Below the pieces are notes generated by a model. The model was not told the origin of the DNA and searched no databases. It worked only from the letters and a program-made list of their open reading frames with translations. From Candidatus Bathyarchaeota archaeon (GTDB lineage Archaea > Thermoproteota > Bathyarchaeia > Bathyarchaeales > Bathycorpusculaceae), in contig CAVZPM010000028.1 in assembly GCA_963777155.1 (NCBI GenBank), forward strand, positions 1 to 12,569: DNA of 12,569 bases, written 5' to 3'. The stretch's first letter is position 1. Every line of letters starts with the position of its first letter. Position numbers and translations under genes: made by a program. Shown here piece after piece: positions 7,065 to 12,569 of this stretch.

Positions 7065-8546
7065 ATGGGAAAACAAGTGAAAGCTCACGTAGTCCTTGCA
7101 AATCCACCGTATCCAGACGATGTGCCTCAAGCTGTCTTCATCCCATTGGGCATTAGCTACTTGGCGGCGGTTCTTGAGGAAAAGGGGTACAAGGTGGATG
7201 TGGTTGATTGTCAGGTTAATCGACCAAGCCAACAGGAGATGGAGGACAAGTTCAGAAGCCTCAACCCTGACATAATTGGCGTAACTACGGCAACCGTGAC
7301 TTATTTTCCGGCGCTTAAAATATTGAAAGCTGCCAAAGCTGCGCTTCCCAACTGCGTAACAATGATTGGTGGACCACATGTCACAGTCTTGGATGAGCGC
7401 ACATTCACCGACAGTTCAGACGTAGATATTGTTGTCCGCGGCGAAGGAGAGCAGACGATACTGGAACTCGCAAGCCTAGTATCAGAGAGTAAACTAGAGA
7501 ACCTCAACAGTGTTTTAGGTATAACTTTCAAGAAGAATGGCAAAGTAGTGGCTACAGCCGACAGACCATTCATTGAAGACATCGATTCTCTTCCTCGCCC
7601 AGCTCACCATCTCTTCGATATGACCCGCTACAGAATCAACGGCAAAAACTACATGCCCATAATCACCAGCCGAGGATGCCCCTTTAACTGCGCTTTCTGC
7701 TTGGCGTCAAAGATGTGTGGCAGCGGGTTTAGGGCCAGAAGCCCGAGCAAAGTTGTCGATGAACTCGAGTGGCTAAGGGACACTTTTGGGGCAGGCGCGT
7801 TTGCATTCTACGACGACACATTCACCCATGACATAAACAGGGCAATTGCAATCTGCGATGAGATGCAGACCAGAGGTTTTTTGCTTCCTTGGGATTGCAG
7901 AACACGAGTAGATCGAATATCCAAAGAATTACTGGTGAAACTCAAGAGTACCAACTGCCAGCTTATCCACTTCGGCGTGGAGTCGGGTAGCCAACAACTG
8001 TTAAACATTATGCGGAAGGGCACAACCGTTGAGCAGAACGCTAAAGCCATAAAGATGGTGAAAGATGCAGGTATCCTTGTCGCCATATCACTTGTTATCG
8101 GATACCCAGGCGAAACCCCTGAGATGCTCCAGCAAACCGTGGACTTTATCCGCAAAACCAAACCTGACTACGTTTACATGTGCGAAGCTGTACCTTACCC
8201 CGGCACGGAGCTCGCTGACTACGTTCGAAAACTTGGCTTGCCCATGAGTGAAGACTGGAACCGCTACCATGAGCAGATGCAGGTTTTCGAAAATAAACTT
8301 CTGCCGCTTCCGAAACTTGAGGCAACCAAAAAAGCCGTCTACGATAGCGTCTTTACCCCAACTTACTACCTCAGGATGAGGCGCCGGGGAGACTTCCACA
8401 GCCAAATCATGGCGCGCATGGCACTAAACCACCTCGTCTGGAAATACCGCTTCACACGATGGGCGTTTAGGCAATTGGGCAAGGTGAGACGAGTAAAGCA
8501 GAGCCCAGGTGGACACAGCACACCCAGCAAAGACCAACAAAGCTAA
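7065..8546 (+). CDS. Cobalamin-binding radical SAM protein, copy 2
   Basis: PLGISYLAAVL, IGGPHVT, DIVVRGEGE, SRGCPFNCAFC (CX3CX2C), FYDDTFT, FGVESG, IGYPGET, PYPGT. Confidence 0.94.
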   Translation: MGKQVKAHVVLANPPYPDDVPQAVFIPLGISYLAAVLEEKGYKVDVVDCQVNRPSQQEMEDKFRSLNPDIIGVTTATVTYFPALKILKAAKAALPNCVTMIGGPHVTVLDERTFTDSSDVDIVVRGEGEQTILELASLVSESKLENLNSVLGITFKKNGKVVATADRPFIEDIDSLPRPAHHLFDMTRYRINGKNYMPIITSRGCPFNCAFCLASKMCGSGFRARSPSKVVDELEWLRDTFGAGAFAFYDDTFTHDINRAIAICDEMQTRGFLLPWDCRTRVDRISKELLVKLKSTNCQLIHFGVESGSQQLLNIMRKGTTVEQNAKAIKMVKDAGILVAISLVIGYPGETPEMLQQTVDFIRKTKPDYVYMCEAVPYPGTELADYVRKLGLPMSEDWNRYHEQMQVFENKLLPLPKLEATKKAVYDSVFTPTYYLRMRRRGDFHSQIMARMALNHLVWKYRFTRWAFRQLGKVRRVKQSPGGHSTPSKDQQS

Positions 8547-8556
8547 CGCAATTCCT

Positions 8557-8569
8557 AAAACGCTTATAT
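8557..8569 (+). promoter_or_regulatory. Putative BRE/TATA promoter of the DUF71 gene
   Basis: AAAACGC-TTATAT directly after the upstream stop. An RBS-like GTTGAT precedes TTG 8629. Confidence 0.55.
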
Positions 8570-8628
8570 GCGGGAATGATTATCCCTCATCAAACAGGTT
8601 CAGACGAGACATTGGATGTTGATTTAGT

Positions 8629-9375
8629 TTGAAAGTTATTGTTCACTGGAGCGGAGGAAAAGACTGTTGCACCGCGTTGCACAAAGTTGTCGAGCAGGGA
8701 CACGAAGTCGCTTCCCTTGTCACTTACATCTACATGGAACCCTACGTTTTCCACAGTCTCAAAGTCATAGAACAACAAGTCAAAGCCTTGGGTATGCCAC
8801 ACCAATTCGTTAAAATCACCGACAACCGCTACGACGACATAATGGGAACCCTTGAAAGGCTCCACAAAGAAAAAGGCGCACAGGCCATCGTCACAGGCGA
8901 CATCGACAACGTCCACCATCGACGAGTCTGGAAAGACGCCTGCAAAAAACTCGGAGTACAGCTTATGATGCCGCTTTGGGACCGCCCACTGAACCTGATT
9001 CCGGGCAACCGACGCCGCAAACGAATCATGGAAATGGAACAGACAACGGGAGTGAAAGCGATTCTAAGTTGCATAGACCAAAGATACTTCACTCCAGAGT
9101 GGCTGGGACGCCAAATTGACAGAAAATGCATCGAAGACATGCAACCGCTCGTGGGTCCAGCAGGTAAAGGCATTGATGTTTCAGGCGAACCCGGAGAATA
9201 CCACTCCACAACCCTCGATGCACCACTTTTCCAGCAACGCGTCGAATTAACCAAGTACGCCAAGAAAAGCAAAGTGGTCGATTTTGGCGGCTCACCCTTC
9301 CGCGAAGGTGATTTCCTCTACCTTGACATCGAAGAGGCAATTCTCAGACCCAAAGAAGAAAAGTCAGTCACCTAG
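8629..9375 (+). CDS. DUF71/COG2102 (Dph6/MJ0570-like) PP-loop ATP pyrophosphatase / ammonia ligase family protein
   Basis: PP-loop WSGGKDC at the N-terminus, AIVTGDID, MPLW, WLGRQID and GIDVSGEPGEYHSTTLDAPLF. Confidence 0.9.
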   Translation: MKVIVHWSGGKDCCTALHKVVEQGHEVASLVTYIYMEPYVFHSLKVIEQQVKALGMPHQFVKITDNRYDDIMGTLERLHKEKGAQAIVTGDIDNVHHRRVWKDACKKLGVQLMMPLWDRPLNLIPGNRRRKRIMEMEQTTGVKAILSCIDQRYFTPEWLGRQIDRKCIEDMQPLVGPAGKGIDVSGEPGEYHSTTLDAPLFQQRVELTKYAKKSKVVDFGGSPFREGDFLYLDIEEAILRPKEEKSVT

Positions 9376-9443
9376 AAAGCACAATATGGAATTTAAATCC
9401 AAATGCCGCTTTTTAGACATTGATGAGAAGAAGAACAACATCA

Positions 9444-9506
9444 TTCTTTCTCGACAAGGTCTATCCTTCTTCTTTCAAGAACCTATTAGTTAAGTCGAGA
9501 AAAAGA
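9444..9506. repeat. Inverted repeat / hairpin A
   Basis: TTCTTTCTCGAC (9444-9455) pairs with GTCGAGAAAAGAA (9494-9506) with one bulge. Inner pairs are AGGT (9457-9460) / ACCT (9481-9484). Confidence 0.55.
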
Positions 9507-9566
9507 AAAAATGGGAATTTTCTGAAAAAAACGAGTTTTTTCCTTTCAAAGACGATTGAATTTAAC

Positions 9567-9611
9567 TGGAAGAACAACAACACTACATTTCCATCTGTTG
9601 TTGTTCTACCA
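9567..9611. repeat. Inverted repeat / hairpin B
   Basis: Perfect 12-bp arms AGAACAACAACA (9571-9582) / TGTTGTTGTTCT (9596-9607) with a 13-nt loop. Extendable by TGG/CCA after one mismatch. Confidence 0.75.
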
Positions 9612-9783
9612 AATCTCGGTCAGCCTAGCCAAAAAGGAAAAAGTGTTCAGCAAAGATAAACACCGTCTATTTGATGTTATTGTAAGCCTCCATAATAGCA
9701 CACAAACAAAAACAAAATCCCGTCGCCTCTTCTATCGCAACGTTGATAAACCAACCAGAGCCTAAAGCATTGCATAGCTGGAG

Positions 9784-10098
9784 TTGAAGAATACGTCGCA
9801 ACAGAAACAGGTTGTCGGCAACTTGACCTTGAATATTGCTTGGATCTGCGGTGGAACAACCGCCGACATAACTCCAGCGCCCCAAGTAAAGTTTAGTATG
9901 GAACAGGCGTGCGAAAAAATAAAGAAACAGAAAATTAAAATCCGAGTTAAAGCGCCGATGTTGGTGATTTTTGACTACCTAAAGATGGAAGTCAGCCTTT
10001 TTGATGGGGGACGAATGCTGATAAAGAATGTGACCGATGAGAAGTTGGCACCTAAAGCGTACGTGGATATTCTTAGAGTCCTCGAAGTGCCTATCTAA
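9784..10098 (+). CDS. Small protein resembling the C-terminal domain of long ThiF/MoeB/HesA-family adenylyltransferases
   Basis: WICGGTTADITP...MEVSLFDGGRMLIKNVTDEKLA...Y matches, from memory, the pattern LCGRxxVQIxP...xxFxDGRxLIxGxxDxxxAxxxY. The true start may be TTG 9823. The stop overlaps the convergent gene's stop (10095-10098). Confidence 0.6.
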   Translation: MKNTSQQKQVVGNLTLNIAWICGGTTADITPAPQVKFSMEQACEKIKKQKIKIRVKAPMLVIFDYLKMEVSLFDGGRMLIKNVTDEKLAPKAYVDILRVLEVPI

Positions 10099-11459
10099 TG
10101 GAATATTAGTTTGGCGCCTTTTTTAACAGCGCTTCCGATGCCTTCCTGACGGATCACACGAATCAGGTTTGATGCCATAGACTTCCGAAAACTTGCCTGA
10201 AACTCTTTTTGAATTTTGACAAGCATGTCATAGTCAAAGTCTGAAGTTTTGACTCGGGCAAGGTAGTTGTCCATTTGGTCGTAGAGACGCTGGCTTACTA
10301 CCTCGTCGTAGAGTTTACTACCAGGGCACGCAATATAGATGTTGAACATGCAGATGTCAGCGTTTAGGCTCTTGGCGAACTTGAAGGTGGCATACATGTC
10401 TTCTACAGTTTCGCCTGGGATTCCAAGCATGAAAGAGGTAGCTGTTTTTATTCCGACCTTGCGGGTAAGCTCAAAGGTACGTTTAACTTCTTGGAGGTCG
10501 ACGTTTTTGCCAAGTCTCTGCTGGATCCGCTCTGACCCAGATTCGGTGCCGAAGAAAATGGTTTGGCATCCCGCTGACTTCATTTCTGAGAGTACTTCTT
10601 TGTTTACGAGGTCTGCGCGGGTTTCGCAGGTCCATTTGAGGTCAAGCTTGTTTTCCTTGATTTTACGGCAGAGTTCAATTGTGCGGTTCTTGTTTATGGT
10701 AAAGTTGTCGCCGACAAAATAGATGCCTTTAGTGCCATAGTTCTGCATCATGTTTTTGATTTCATCGATGACTCTTTGGGGCGAAAATGCCCGGCAACTG
10801 GTCCCCCATAACTCGCGAGTCTCACAGTACGTACATTGGTATGGGCAACCTCGGAGGATACTCATGGTGTCGACAGGTTCAACATCGATGTAAGGAAGGG
10901 TGCGGTCATACATTTTCATGGGTAACAAGTGGCGCGCTGGAAAAGGAACTGTATCTAAGTCGAGGATGAATTGTTGGGGAGTTCTGACAATTTCGCCAGC
11001 GATTTTGCATGCGACCCCTGGAATGACAACCGAAACACCTTTCGGGTCACCTTTGAGAATACTGGCTGCAAGCTTCACTATCGCTGCTTCGCCTTCACCG
11101 ACAACTACGTAGTCAACTTCACTGTGCTGCAGCAGGGTTTCAGGCATGTATGATGCATGGGGACCACCGACAATAACCTTGCAAGACGGATATGCTTCTT
11201 TGACAGTTTTAGCCATCTCTACACACCGCGAGTAAGTCAGGCTACTGCAGGTTATACCCACAATTTCGGGTTGCCGCTTTCTAATTTCAGCTTTAACCTC
11301 TTCGATGGGTCGCCCCAAAAGGTAATTATCGTAAATTTCAACTGGGTAACCGTTTTTTTCCAGCACCGAAGCAACATAGGCTAAACCCAATGGAGCAAGT
11401 TTTCCTGCCATACCCCAAGGTGACTTCTCAGGGAGGGTAGTGGTCATCAGAAGAATCAA
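10095..11459 (-). CDS. Cobalamin-binding radical SAM protein, copy 3
   Basis: PLGLAYVASVL, VGGPHAS, DYVVVGEGE, LDTVPFPARHL, LRGCPYQCTYC (CX3CX2C), FGTESG, LGIPGET. TTG start with GGAG 10 nt upstream. Confidence 0.93.
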   Translation of the reverse strand: MILLMTTTLPEKSPWGMAGKLAPLGLAYVASVLEKNGYPVEIYDNYLLGRPIEEVKAEIRKRQPEIVGITCSSLTYSRCVEMAKTVKEAYPSCKVIVGGPHASYMPETLLQHSEVDYVVVGEGEAAIVKLAASILKGDPKGVSVVIPGVACKIAGEIVRTPQQFILDLDTVPFPARHLLPMKMYDRTLPYIDVEPVDTMSILRGCPYQCTYCETRELWGTSCRAFSPQRVIDEIKNMMQNYGTKGIYFVGDNFTINKNRTIELCRKIKENKLDLKWTCETRADLVNKEVLSEMKSAGCQTIFFGTESGSERIQQRLGKNVDLQEVKRTFELTRKVGIKTATSFMLGIPGETVEDMYATFKFAKSLNADICMFNIYIACPGSKLYDEVVSQRLYDQMDNYLARVKTSDFDYDMLVKIQKEFQASFRKSMASNLIRVIRQEGIGSAVKKGAKLIFH

Positions 11460-11488
11460 GTTTTGCTTTCTCCATGTTTTGCAGTTTT

Positions 11489-12569
11489 CTATTTGGCTGG
11501 GCTGCTTATTTTAGCCATTAGTGCTCTTCGGAAATGTGCCATTATGAGTCGTGTTGCGCCCAGCCCCCACATTTTTCCTTTCTTGAACATGCCTATTGCG
11601 CTAATGAAGTATCTTGGGCTCAGGTAGAAGCTTTGGAAGGCTTGTTCGCGAATTTGGGCGAGTTCCTGCATGGTCATGTTTGGAATCTCAAAGGTCGGGG
11701 TGGCGGTATCGTACCTGTCGAAGTCGGTTATTTTCAATGATCCATTGGCTTTAACTTCCTCATACATGGGCGTACCCGGGTAGGGTGTGGCTATGTAAAA
11801 GCCTACGTCGTTTGGGTTAAGCTCCTTCACGAAACGTATTGTTTCCCAAGCACTCTCTTTTGTCTCTCCCGGGAAGCCCAAGATTACGCCTGCAACAGTC
11901 ATTAGCCCAGCTTCTTTTGCCCATTTGAAAGCTCGCCTTGTCTGGTTTAGGTTGAAGCCTTTGCCCATACTGGTTAACTGCTTCTTTGAGCCAGATTCCA
12001 CACCAAACCAAACCGCTATGCACCCTGTTTTACGCATTTTGACGAAGAGTTCTTTGCTGACCATGTCCACGCGGGTTTCGCAGTCCCATTTAATTTTGAG
12101 CCCACGGCGTTGGATTTCGTCGCAGATCTCGGCGGTTCTTGCTTGATCCACAGTAAAAGCGTCGTCATAGAAAGTGAATTGGTTTGCATGGTAGTTTTTG
12201 TGAAGATATTCTATTTCGTCGACGACGTTCTTTGGGCTGCGCATGCGGTATTTTCTGCCAAACATTCTAACTGCAGTGCAGAAGTTGCACCAGTACACAC
12301 ATCCTCTACTAGTCTATGACTGGGGTAGGGTATAGTTCCGTATTTGCGTATCTCACCTAGTTGTTCCCATAGATGAAGTGCTGGGAACGGTAGGCTATCG
12401 AGGTTTTCCAGGAAGGGGCGGTCAGGATTCTTTACAATTTCGCCATCTTTCCGACAAGTCGTGCCGATAAGGTCGTGGAAGGATTGGTGATTTTCCACTC
12501 TTTGCGCAAGTTCAAGTATCGTTTGCTCGCCCTCACCCCTTATACGATGTCCAATGATGGTGCTTCCTG
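11489..12569 (-). CDS. Cobalamin-binding radical SAM protein, copy 4 (5'-partial, frameshifted near 12315-12325 and 12544; sequencing error or pseudogene)
   Basis: Three pieces join into one paralog: QEAPSLDIV / IRGEGEQTILELAQRVEN...DRPFLENLDSLPFPALHL...IRKYGTIPY / TSRGCVYWCNFC...FYDDAFT...FGVESG...LGFPGET...TPYPGT. It runs off the window end. Confidence 0.88.

Noticed and set aside
8629-9375. Gene symbol dph6 (diphthamide synthase)
   Set aside because: The motif is EPGEYHS rather than the EGGExE(T/S) type, so family membership is supported but function is not.
9376-9783. Cobalamin riboswitch in the structured intergenic region
   Set aside because: No recognisable B12-box or core motifs (GGGAA...GCCACTG...GGGAAG) in the right order, and the region is too AT-rich.
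9650-9783. Decayed ThiF catalytic-domain fragments (FDVIVSLHNS, NPVASSIATL)
   Set aside because: Resemblance is too weak to support by eye. No GxGxxG or CxxC motifs seen.
9284-9885. Short ORFs 9284..9493, 9420..9659, 9556..9765, 9667..9885 and 9677..9859
   Set aside because: Mutually overlapping, low-complexity translations of homopolymer-rich DNA with no family signal.
428-12319. The many antisense and nested ORFs in the six-frame track (e.g. 516..860, 4104..4523, 8829..9272, 10339..10722)
   Set aside because: They are shadows of well-supported genes and show no recognisable motifs.
12313-12325. Programmed ribosomal frameshift
   Set aside because: It needs two separate insertions plus a third indel upstream, and there is no slippery heptamer. 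Error is the simpler explanation.
1-12569. CRISPR array, tRNA, rRNA, transposase or integrase
   Set aside because: No regularly spaced repeats, cloverleaf or rRNA signatures, or recombinase motifs were seen.

Overview
An archaeal-looking accessory locus, judged from BRE/TATA-like promoters, several TTG starts and near-leaderless genes. Bathyarchaeia-like origin is an inference only. It carries two tandem AT-rich double-domain Lrp/AsnC regulators, a stand-alone cbiB/cobD, and four paralogous cobalamin-binding radical SAM genes. The last of these is 5'-truncated by the window end and has three apparent indels. Also present are a YtcJ-type amidohydrolase with two substituted metal-ligand positions, a DUF71/Dph6-family PP-loop ATPase with a His-type (B12-salvage-like) motif, a small protein resembling the ThiF/MoeB C-terminal domain, an orphan 116-aa ORF and a ~400-nt hairpin-rich intergenic region. 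The palindrome ATTTCAAGA-N7-CTTGAAT occurs both upstream of the first regulator and over the start of the first radical SAM gene. The best reading, which is inference, is a regulated module coupling corrinoid salvage/repair to a battery of B12-dependent radical SAM enzymes acting on an unknown, possibly membrane-associated, substrate. No rRNA, tRNA, CRISPR array or transposase was seen.
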